Translations under genes and position numbers: made by a program | The notes under the pieces: generated by a model | What the model saw: the letters and a program-made list of their open reading frames with translations, nothing else | Told to the model about the DNA's origin: nothing | Databases searched by the model: none | Assembly: GCA_032718475.1 (NCBI GenBank) | Contig: JAUCBJ010005791.1 | Span: 1 to 52,768 of the forward strand | DNA: 52,768 nt | From: Nemertoderma westbladi | Lineage: Eukaryota; Animalia; Xenacoelomorpha | Direction: 5' to 3' | In this document: positions 39,301 to 46,700 of the stretch, piece by piece | Layout of the letters: the number at the start of each line of letters is the position of its first letter | Position numbering within the stretch: the first letter of the stretch is position 1

Positions 39301-42300
39301 AGATGAGCTGAGCTATGACCCACCAATAATGATGTGTCATGGTGTCATGTGTTTCAGAGTAGGTATGGGTGGGTGATGGGCCCAATATCTGACTCAATCC
39401 ACCCTGATGAATGGCAAACAAGGGTGCGGTATTTTCCCTCAACCACCACTATGGATTACATTAGCAATGCGGAGATCCGGCTAGCTGTTGGCAAGCTGCA
39501 TTTTTCGAGGTGTTTTGTTATTATACATTTATGATAGGAAGGGATCTAGGGGTCTTAACCTCGAATGATAAGTTTATTTTACCGAAAATAACTTATCTTT
39601 TATTGGTGCAATTGTAGGACTAATCCCATCACATGCGTACTTTTTAACCGGGTAGTGTACAAATTTAAGAATCGCGTATTTTTTCTTGAAATTAATATCT
39701 CATATCTCTCCAAACCACGTACGCGTTTCGACCTTACTGAGTCTCATCAGCGTGGAGTCGGATTCGAACCTGGGACCTCGAGGTAGAAGCCGAGACTACA
39801 ACCACTAGGCCACAGGTTCTTGAGATATGGAGTATTAATTTCAAAGCCAGCTGCCATTTTTATTAGCCCCTGATTTTTTATTATTGATAGTAACAATGTG
39901 TTGGCAAGCTGCATTTTTCGAGGTGTTTTGTTATTATACATTTATCTAGGTTATTTCCTGACCTGCTGCCTGTCTTACCCCGAAATGGAGAGAGAGCGGC
40001 CAACAATAATGTGAGACCCCGTTCCTAAAGACCTTTCTGGCCCAAACCCTGAGTCACTTGAGAGGCACGATTGCGAGGGGGGGGGGGGATTCTAGAATTG
40101 GAGGCTACTCTCATGTTCCACCCCGACCAACCAAGCCTCCATTGGCGAATCTGAGGCAAAGTCACGAGACTATTCTCAGTTAACACCCTAAGACTCGGGT
40201 CCCCAATGCGACAAGGCGAAAGCTTACTGCCCTGACAAATAATTAATTACAGAATCCTGTATTACAGTACAGTAATAAGACATGATGAATTAAGGCACAT
40301 TCGTGTGGGTCCTTTGTGCAGTACGAGACTAAATACGTACCAAATTTGGTTTAATTTTCATCAATGGTTGACTGACCTATTTTGGTTTTTATCAAAAGTC
40401 TGAATCTACTGGTACCGACAGACTGATTTTTTACCAAACATCAGAATCTTTGTAAACCTTTGACGGACTACGTATATACGTAGTTACGTACCAAGTTTGT
40501 CTTAATTTCATCAAGTAATGACTGAGTTATTAATATAGCGATCAAAATGAATTTACGACGACGACCACATCATACTGTACAACTAGTTAATGGTACCCCT
40601 ATGCTAAGGCATCGCTCACCCTATATGATTGGACATAGACTGTTGTCAACGACGTTTGACTGTTGTCGTCAGGCGTTTGACGGTTGTCACCGACGCTGTA
40701 TTCCTGATTAACATATCAGGTTTTTGTAAAGCATACTGTGACAATGTACATATTACTTAATTACATAGATGAATGATGTGAAGGCGGGAGGAGCAACCGT
40801 ATTTCCGAAGTTAGGAATCCGAAGTATTCCGAGGAAAGGGTCAGCGATACTCTGGTACAACTTACTACGTAACGGAGAAAGAGATTACCAGACAATGCAT
40901 GGTGGATGTCCTGTATTACTGGGGACTAAATGGGGTTAGTAACAGAGAAAGAGATTACCAGACAATGCATGGTGGATGTCCTGTATTACTGGGGACTAAA
41001 TGGGGTTAGTAACAGAGAAAGAGATTACCAGACAATGCATGGTGGATGTCCTGTATTACTGGGGACTAAATGGGGTTAGTAACATAGAAAGAGATTACCA
41101 GACAATGCATGGTGGATGTCCTGTATTACTGGGGACTAAATGGGGTTAGTAACAGAGAAAGAGATTACCAGACAATGCATGGTGGATGTCCTGTATTACT
41201 GGGGACTAAATGGGGTTAGTAACAGAGAAAGAGATTACCAGACAATGCATGGTGGATGTCCTGTATTACTGGGGACTAAATGGGGTTAGTAACAGAGAAA
41301 GAGATTACCAGACAATGCATGGTGGATGTCCTGTATTACTGGGGACTAAATGGGGTTAGTAACATAGAAAGAGATTACCAGACAATGCATGGTGGATGTC
41401 CTGTATTACTGGGGACTAAATGGGGTTAGTAACAGAGAAAGAGATTACCAGACAATGCATGGTGGATGTCCTGTATTACTGGGGACTAAATGGGGTTAGT
41501 AACAGAGAAAGAGATTACCAGACAATGCATGGTGGATGTCCTGTATTACTGGGGACTAAATGGGGTTAGTAACAGAGAAAGAGATTACCAGACAATGCAT
41601 GGTGGATGTCCTGTATTACTGGGGACTAAATGGGGTTAGTAACATAGAAAGAGATTACCAGACAATGCATGGTGGATGTCCTGTATTACTGGGGACTAAA
41701 TGGGGTTAGTAACATAGAAAGAGATTACCAGACAATGCATGGTGGATGTCCTGTATTACTGGGGACTAAATGGGGTTAGTAACATAGAAAGAGATTACCA
41801 GACAATGCATGGTGGATGTCCTGTATTACTGGGGACTAAATGGGGTTAGTAACAGAGAAAGAGATTACCAGACAATGCATGGTGGATGTCCTGTATTACT
41901 GGGGACTAAATGGGGTTAGTAACATAGAAAGAGATTACCAGACAATGCATGGTGGATGTCCTGTATTACTGGGGACTAAATGGGGTTAGTAACATAGAAA
42001 GAGATTACCAGACAATGCATGGTGGATGTCCTGTATTACTGGGGACTAAATGGGGTTAGTAACATAGAAAGAGATTACCAGACAATGCATGGTGGATGTC
42101 CTGTATTACTGGGGACTAAATGGGGTTAGTAACATAGAAAGAGATTACCAGACAATGCATGGTGGATGTCCTGTATTACTGGGGACTAAATGGGGTTAGT
42201 AACATAGAAAGAGATTACCAGACAATGCATGGTGGATGTCCTGTATTACTGGGGACTAAATGGGGTTAGTAACATAGAAAGAGATTACCAGACAATGCAT

Positions 42301-42757
42301 GGTGGATGTCCTGTATTACTGGGGACTAAATGGGGTTAGTAACAGAGAAAGAGATTACCAGACAATGCATGGTGGATGTCCTGTATTACTGGGGACTAAA
42401 TGGGGTTAGTAACAGAGAAAGAGATTACCAGACAATGCATGGTGGATGTCCTGTATTACTGGGGACTAAATGGGGTTAGTAACATAGAAAGAGATTACCA
42501 GACAATGCATGGTGGATGTCCTGTATTACTGGAGTCTAAATGGGGTTTAGTAATGGAGAAAGAGATTTCGAGTTTGTAATGTATGATTAGTCTAATAGTA
42601 TTAAATATAATAATATTATTTAAAATACTATATAATAGCATTTCATTTGATATTTACAGTTATCAACAAGTGGTTTAGAACATATGGACAGGAATTACAC
42701 CGCCCATGCGGTACAAAAAACGATACGATGACACACAGATTGGACACTGTGAGATAG
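12209..42757 (+). CDS. P4HA: Collagen prolyl 4-hydroxylase alpha subunit, 12 coding exons, about 558 aa
   Basis: Exons 12209-12345, 17056-17145, 17261-17430, 17584-17751, 18054-18275, 23049-23194, 23556-23735, 35841-35920, 36102-36201, 38660-38779, 40769-40934 and 42660-42757. All are GT-AG and phase-consistent, totalling 1677 nt. Motifs: signal peptide, HPIRLFKLVRRL, DPNNERA, YRLGCQG, CRY...PRLILKPLKEE, YGIGGHYELHWD (HxD), GNRLATFLFY, GGATVFP, HGGCPVLLGTKWVINKW, RPC. Confidence 0.93.
12739..13524 (+). CDS. gag: Gypsy Gag
   Basis: KLPVFWTAEPEVWFAQVEAQF, LGDRTPSGLLRHM and CYFHNRFGENARKC are typical of this Gypsy Gag class. First ATG at 12739. Confidence 0.9.
   Translation: MDQNDIQLLAQAIKNLTTPVTDPSPAPVISSVSVKLPVFWTAEPEVWFAQVEAQFDTRTPPITVDKTKFNYIVAALDNATAKEVRSIILSPPIDDRYETLKTALIKTFGKSQAAKDNELLSLSGLGDRTPSGLLRHMRSLNGNPETIFRALFLAQMPIEVRRILAGSKTSELDQLAIEADNIIEASGNNFGHPGINSTHSAPPPSKQRTKARNELCYFHNRFGENARKCNHDGCILRHLVPNAATPIRPKFLTSGNSQAGR
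13500..13545 (+). other. Predicted -1 ribosomal frameshift signal at the gag-pol junction
   Basis: G_GGA_AAC heptamer in the gag frame at 13500-13506, followed by stem AGGCCGGCCG/CGGTCGGCCT. pol is in the -1 frame. Confidence 0.75.
13500..16688 (+). pseudogene. pol: Gypsy Pol (protease, RT, RNase H, integrase) with one in-frame nonsense codon
   Basis: LVDCGAD protease, YLDD RT, TDASD RNase H, HHCC motif and D-D-E integrase. TAA at 14616-14618 in NRG*CVFG, where Lys is expected; both halves are in the same frame. Confidence 0.92.
17056..17145 (+). CDS. P4HA: P4HA exon 2
   Basis: TTTAG acceptor, 90 nt, phase 2-2, donor CG|GTAAGT. Confidence 0.75.
17261..17430 (+). CDS. P4HA: P4HA exon 3 (DYWNHPIRLFKLVRRL)
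   Basis: CTAAC branch point, TTTTTTTCAG acceptor, donor G|GTAAGT. Confidence 0.9.
17584..17751 (+). CDS. P4HA: P4HA exon 4 (LPGSKEVEKAAFVIMRINEVYDI)
   Basis: AG/GT boundaries; matches the P4HA N-terminal domain pattern. Confidence 0.9.
18054..18275 (+). CDS. P4HA: P4HA exon 5 (TPR-like substrate-binding region, QWLKEAL...YDYLQYS)
   Basis: Uses the second of two duplicated acceptors; donor G|GTAAGA. Confidence 0.9.
18936..22970 (-). mobile_element. Near full-length RTE-type LINE (APE endonuclease + RT), frameshifted, (TAG)n tail
   Basis: IATMNART, CYSPT, DLNA, LDYIL and SDH (APE); QNGFR, DFKKAFDS, GVLQGDTLAP and FADD (RT). The ORF is broken into pieces 21977-21756, 21522-20683 and 20505-19078. 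Tail ACT repeats at 18936-18950. The 5' end is approximate. Confidence 0.93.
22254..22701 (-). mobile_element. 5'-truncated second RTE-family LINE inserted in the 5' region of the first LINE
   Basis: RLRFAGHCFR...LVLWQP C-terminal motif; 10-bp TSD CTCTAATGCA at 22244-22253 and 22702-22711; same family as 34402..35412. Confidence 0.88.
23049..23194 (+). CDS. P4HA: P4HA exon 6 (DPNNERAAIN...YRLGCQG)
   Basis: TTCAG acceptor and donor GTG|GTTAGT. Confidence 0.88.
23556..23735 (+). CDS. P4HA: P4HA exon 7 (CRYNNKNSNPRLILKPLKEE...YHDLLNDREIE)
   Basis: 180 nt, phase 0-0, donor AAA|GTAAGT. Confidence 0.93.
23830..25381. mobile_element. piggyBac-like MITE (TTAA TSD) with internal ~163-bp tandem repeats
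   Basis: TTAA|CCCTATTAG...TAATAAGG|TTAA; subterminal GGGGTCATATTGACCCC near both ends; about 5 diverged units anchored by TTGGTGCTAGCACC at about 24356, 24519, 24681, 24845 and 25007. Confidence 0.8.
26321..26545 (-). mobile_element. tRNA-derived SINE with Nin-like central domain
   Basis: Minus strand reads GGCTCATTTGGTTGAGCG...GGTTC, then CCACTCAGTCTTTCACCCACTGGGGTCGATAAAATGAGTACCAG (Nin-like, recognised from memory), then tail GCAGCTATCGAAAGAGGAGCCTTCGGGTCGCC. Confidence 0.7.
29108..30347. mobile_element. Non-autonomous TIR element flanked by TA, immediately upstream of SRF
   Basis: TA|CCGGTGTAACAGGAAAATATGCCCCCC ... GGGGGGCTGATTTCCTTGTGACACCGG|TA; subterminal GGAAAAAATGCCCCCC repeats; 5 internal ~70-bp repeats at about 29323-29611. 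Confidence 0.75.
30487..31926 (+). CDS. SRF: Serum response factor (type I MADS-box), intronless, nested in P4HA intron 7
   Basis: 479-aa ORF containing KKTRGRVKIKMEFIDNKLRRYTTFSKRKTGIMKKAYELSTLTGTQVMLLVASETGHVYTFATRKLQPMITS...GKALIQTCLN (MADS + SAM), with a P/S/T-rich C-terminus. Confidence 0.97.
   Translation: MDIYENSVHGGRQKRLVMSEPRKPQKLPNGKKTRGRVKIKMEFIDNKLRRYTTFSKRKTGIMKKAYELSTLTGTQVMLLVASETGHVYTFATRKLQPMITSDAGKALIQTCLNTPDPESVDRPLCEETEFSFDGCLREALEEGNTRTPVEERDWRTPMEERVSIIKNVPGAAPGSIAMQIPPGLLANPPHEQRKETPGPQLTSTPQLVPVHQLAHAPQLAHATQLTHAPQLAHATQLAHAPQLAHAPQLTPAPQLAPSMLQPAPNQLPVFTISQPPVQKSLKLSPDCKPPALVGNPSRAPSGAVPSSLKRPATPEPSTNRRQPPPLKGPLSIPLSQPSGMHPGGISNPPNKQSLFPTVIISAPTDIAVSSNSSINGTLLDDSPFTDTSSSPLMDGTLHPTAPPTTVAAIQPTPNPSIPFSLYQSLIYSPQTTPGSSGSDSLIFGYTLTPHSGAPGNRFFSGMSDATGVLNTPTVLPRTN
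34402..35412 (+). mobile_element. Degenerate 5'-truncated RTE-family LINE
   Basis: Broken RT motifs (IFVDFFKTFDS, YGIP, FCYLGSW, GHCFRREDQP); tail GTAGTAGT; ACTTAACTA on both sides as a probable TSD; homologous to 22254..22701. Confidence 0.85.
35413..35833 (+). repeat. Degenerate tandem repeat (TACTCCTACGTAGAGTTACTTAACTATGTTAAG-like) abutting the exon 8 acceptor
   Basis: Direct reading; a similar unit at about 34350-34400 lies on the other side of the LINE. Confidence 0.7.
35841..35920 (+). CDS. P4HA: P4HA exon 8 (MKASLLAVQ...RSRSGK)
   Basis: TTTAG acceptor and CT|GTAAGT donor; occupies the position of the LARATV...RVSKS segment. Confidence 0.8.
36102..36201 (+). CDS. P4HA: P4HA exon 9 (AWLHD...SELYQ)
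   Basis: 100 nt, phase 2-0, donor CAG|GTACCT. Confidence 0.9.
36532..38386. mobile_element. Non-autonomous DNA transposon with ~30-bp TIRs and 4-bp TSD (Sola-like)
   Basis: TGAT|CTGCCGTGCAATGTAAAAAGACCGCAAGTC ... GACTTGCGGTCTTTTTACATTGTACGGCAG|TGAT, with repeated ACCGCAAGTC motifs inside. Confidence 0.8.
38409..38478 (+). mobile_element. tRNA-derived SINE-like head
   Basis: TGGTGTAATGG and GGTTCGATCC; same family as 5437..5505. Confidence 0.6.
38660..38779 (+). CDS. P4HA: P4HA exon 10 (YGIGGHYELHWD...GNRLATFLFY)
   Basis: Fe-binding HxD motif; donor TAT|GTGAGT. Confidence 0.96.
39709..39762 (-). ncRNA. Type I hammerhead ribozyme with short palindromic stem III
   Basis: Minus strand reads UCCGA-CU-CCACG CUGAUGA GACU-CAGUAA-GGUC GAAA CGCG UA^CGUGG-U-UUGGA. 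All core nucleotides are present. Predicted cleavage lies between 39720 and 39719. Confidence 0.88.
39760..39819 (-). promoter_or_regulatory. tRNA-derived internal Pol III promoter (pseudo-tRNA, possible Arg-TCT origin)
   Basis: A-box TGGCCTAGTGG (39812-39802), B-box GGTTCGAATCC (39770-39760) and an anticodon-like loop CT-TCT-AC. The T-stem and acceptor stem are incomplete. Confidence 0.75.
40769..40934 (+). CDS. P4HA: P4HA exon 11 (GGATVFP...HGGCPVLLGTKW)
   Basis: Carries the distal Fe-binding His and the 2-oxoglutarate-binding Lys; donor G|GTTAGT. Confidence 0.96.
40869..42567 (+). repeat. 24 x 70-bp tandem array made of the 3' part of P4HA exon 11 plus its splice donor
   Basis: Units start every 70 bp from 40871 to 42481. 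Variants: AACAGAG (11 copies), AACATAG (12 copies) and the exonic AACGGAG. The last unit is diverged. Confidence 0.97.
42660..42757 (+). CDS. P4HA: P4HA exon 12 (VINKWFRTYGQELHRPC...*)
   Basis: TTTACAG acceptor, TAG at 42755-42757, AATAAA at about 43100. Confidence 0.93.
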
Positions 42758-43144
42758 CGAGGATATTTTGGATTCGGCGAATAGATGTTTAATATTTAGA
42801 TTCAATTACTCTGAACTGAGTCATATTATTTAGTCCACAGAAGAGTAAATATGGAAATTAAGCATTAAAATAATGCTGCGAAGAAGAGTAGTTGATATAA
42901 CTATTTCATTATATTATTTTGTTATTCTTATAATCTGATATAATGCTAACCCACCGTTGTTTAAGTAGTGTTAATGGAGGTGGACTAGGTTGCGGGAAGG
43001 GAAATTAATGCAATATTATTCTTAGCTACAGTTAAATATAAATAACAGGAACTTTCAATTATTAAAATGTTTGTTGAATATGGATATAAACTTACCATGA
43101 ATAAACGTCACCAATTACACTCAATCATTAAGCTCGTTCTTAGT

Positions 43145-43364
43145 GGGTCAGAGTAAAACGCGGATCCGGATTCTACATTTAACATTGTCCCTACGGAAGT
43201 CCATTTTTTTTACATTTTTATAACTCCCAAAAATAAAACTATAACCTGTTCTATTCACTTTAGTTTATTGTTTTGGTTAAAATAACGTGCCACTGTAACC
43301 TGCTCCTTTTCCATTAATTGATAATTTTGGAATCCGGATCCGGATCCGCGTTTTACACCTACCT
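43145..43364. mobile_element. Mutator-like MITE with 9-bp TSD
   Basis: TIRs containing GTAAAACGCGGATCCGGAT; GTTCTTAGT at 43136-43144 and 43365-43373. Confidence 0.8.
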
Positions 43365-43513
43365 GTTCTTAGTGGGGTTGGGGGGGTTGGTGGGGGGGGG
43401 GGGGGGGGGGGTGGGGGGGGTAGTATTATTGTAACAATAACAGTTACAATAATTTAAGATACACATTGCGTTTTAATTATGATACACACAAACAATGAGT
43501 CCCAGTATAATTG

Positions 43514-43543
43514 TACTACTACTAGGTCGAGCGAGCTCGGACA
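43514..43543 (-). mobile_element. Extremely 5'-truncated RTE LINE 3' end
   Basis: TACTACTACTAGGTCGAGCGAGCTCGGACA matches the 3' end of the LINE at about 18941-18970. Confidence 0.7.
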
Positions 43544-43737
43544 AAAGATTTATAGTTATAAAGTATACTTCTTGGAAATACACAACTTAGATATTCAATA
43601 AAGTAATAATTTACACACATAATAGCCTATACAAAGTAGTCAAATAAACAGACGACCGATGTGACCTTCTTAGGTGTACGGACCCGACATTCTTCCAAAC
43701 AATGCCACGCCACACAGATTTACTCACTTTGAAGACC

Positions 43738-46700
43738 GTTGCTATTCTTACTAACTTGATTCTTTAAGTATGTGTGTGCCCCAGTCACTGTTTGCTATTC
43801 TTACTAACTTGATTCTTTAAGTATGTGTGTGCCCCAGTCACTGTTTGCTATTCTTACTAACTTGATTCTTTAAGTATGTGTGTGCCCCAGTCACTGTTTG
43901 CTATTCTTACTAACTTGATTCTTTAAGTATGTGTGTGCCCCAGTCACTGTTTGCTATTCTTACTAACTTGATTCTTTAAGTATGTGTGTGCCCCAGTCAC
44001 TGTTTGCTATTCTTACTAACTTGATTCTTTAAGTATGTGTGTGCCCCAATCACTGTTTGCTATTCTTACTAACTTGATTCTTTAAGTATGTGTGTGCCCC
44101 AGTCACTGTTTGCTATTCTTACTAACTTGATTCTTTAAGTATGTGTGTGCCCCAGTCACTGTTTGCTATTCTTACTAACTTGATTCTTTAAGTATGTGTG
44201 TGCCCCAGTCACTGTTTGCTATTCTTACTAACGTGATTCTTTAAGTATGTGTGTGCCCCAGTCACTGTTTGCTATTCTTACTAACTTGATTCTTTAAGTA
44301 TGTGTGTGCCCCAGTCCCCAGTCACTGTTTGCTATTCTTACTAACTTGATTCTTTAAGTATGTGTGTGCCCCAGTCACTGTTGCTATTCTTACTAACTTG
44401 ATTCTTTAAGTATGTGTGTGCCCCATCACTGTTTGCTATTCTTACTAACTTGATTCTTTAAGTATGTGTGTGCCCCAGTCACTGTTTGCTATTCTTACTA
44501 ACTTGATTCTTTAAGTATGTGTGTGCCCCAGTCACTGTTTGCTATTCTTACTAACTTGATTCTTTAAGTATGTGTGTGCCCCAGTCACTGTTTGCTATTC
44601 TTACTAACTTGATTCTTTAAGTATGTGTGTGCCCCAGTCACTGTTTGCTATTCTTACTAACTTGATTCTTTAAGTATGTGTGTGCCCCAGTCACTGTTTG
44701 CTATTCTTACTAACTTGATTCTTTAAGTATGTGTGTGCCCCAGTCACTGTTTGCTATTCTTACTAACTTGATTCTTTAAGTATGTGTGTGCTCCAATCAC
44801 TGTTTGCTATTCTTACTAACTTAATTCTTTAAGTATGTGTGTGTCCCAGTCACTGTTGCTATTCTTACTAACTTGATTCTTTAAGTATGTGTGTGTCCCA
44901 GTCACTGTTTGCTATTCTTACTAACTTGATTCTTTAAGTATGTGTGTGCCCCAATCACTGTTTGCTATTCTTACTAACTTGATTCTTTAAGTATGTGTGT
45001 GCCCCAGTCACTGTTTGCTATTCTTACTAACTTGATTCTTTAAGTATGTGTGTGCCCCAGTCACTGTTTGCTATTCTTACTAACTTGATTCTTTAAGTAT
45101 GTGTGTGCCCCAGTCACTCTTTGCTATTCTTACTAACTTGATTCTTTAAGTATGTGTGTGCTCCAATCACTGTTTGCTATTCTTACTAACTTGATTCTTT
45201 AAGTATGTGTGTGCCCCAATCACTGTTTGCTATTCTTACTAACTTGATTCTTTAAGTATGTGTGTGCCCCAGTCACTGTTTGCTATTCTTACTAACTTGA
45301 TTCTTTAAGTATGTGTGTGCCCCAGTCACTGTTTGCTATTCTTACTAACTTGATTCTTTAAGTATGTGTGTGCCCCAGTCACTGTTTGCTATTCTTACTA
45401 ACTTGATTCTTTAAGTATGTGTGTGCCCCAGTCACTGTTTGCTATTCTTACTAACTTGATTCTTTAAGTATGTGTGTGCTCCAGTCACTGTTTGCTATTC
45501 TTACTAACTTGATTCTTTAAGTATGTGTGTGCCCCAGTCACTGTTTGCTATTCTTACTAACTTGATTCTTTAAGTATGTGTGTGCCCCAGTCACTGTTTG
45601 CTATTCTTACTAACTTGATTCTTTAAGTATGTGTGTGCCCCAGTCACTGTTTGCTATTCTTACTAACTTGATTCTTTAAGTATGTGTGTGCCCCAGTCAC
45701 TGTTTGCTATTCTTACTAACTTGATTCTTTAAGTATGTGTGTGCCCCAGTCACTGTTTGCTATTCTTACTAACTTGATTCTTTAAGTATGTGTGTGCCCC
45801 AGTCACTGTTTGCTATTCTTACTAACTTGATTCTTTAAGTATGTGTGTGCCCCAGTCACTGTTTGCTATTCTTACTAACTTGATTCTTTAAGTATGTGTG
45901 TGCCCCAGTCACTGTTTGCTATTCTTACTAACTTGATTCTTTAAGTATGTGTGTGCCCCAGTCACTGTTTGCTATTCTTACTAACTTGATTCTTTAAGTA
46001 TGTGTGTGCCCCAGTCACTGTTTGCTATTCTTACTAACTTGATTCTTTAAGTATGTGTGTGCCCCAGTCACTGTTTGCTATTCTTACTAACTTGATTCTT
46101 TAAGTATGTGTGTGCCCCAGTCACTGTTTGCTATTCTTACTAACTTGATTCTTTAAGTATGTGTGTGCCCCAGTCACTGTTTGCTATTCTTACTAACTTG
46201 ATTCTTTAAGTATGTGTGTGCCCCAGTCACTGTTTGCTATTCTTACTAACTTGATTCTTTAAGTATGTGTGTGCCCCAGTCACTGTTTGCTATTCTTACT
46301 AACTTGATTCTTTAAGTATGTGTGTGCCCCAGTCACTGTTTGCTATTCTTACTAACTTGATTCTTTAAGTATGTGTGTGCCCCAGTCACTGTTTGCTATT
46401 CTTACTAACTTGATTCTTTAAGTATGTGTGTGCCCCAGTCACTGTTTGCTATTCTTACTAACTTGATTCTTTAAGTATGTGTGTGCCCCAGTCACTGTTT
46501 GCTATTCTTACTAACTTGATTCTTTAAGTATGTGTGTGCCCCAGTCACTGTTTGCTATTCTTACTAACTTGATTCTTTAAGTATGTGTGTGCCCCAGTCA
46601 CTGTTTGCTATTCTTACTAACTTGATTCTTTAAGTATGTGTGTGCCCCAGTCACTGTTTGCTATTCTTACTAACTTGATTCTTTAAGTATGTGTGTGCCC

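Larger units (their letters stand above)
39486..39945 (-). mobile_element. 413-bp terminally redundant tRNA-head/hammerhead element (retrozyme or Sm-alpha-like SINE)
   Basis: Identical 47-bp direct repeats at 39486-39532 and 39899-39945; Pol III A/B boxes and a hammerhead on the minus strand inside. Confidence 0.7.

Noticed and set aside
39399-39426. CTGATGA as a second hammerhead core
   Set aside because: No stem II plus GAAA arrangement follows; it sits in a simple CACCCT/AGGGTG hairpin. The CTGATGA hits at about 172, 17722, 18025 and 18054 also lack the fold.
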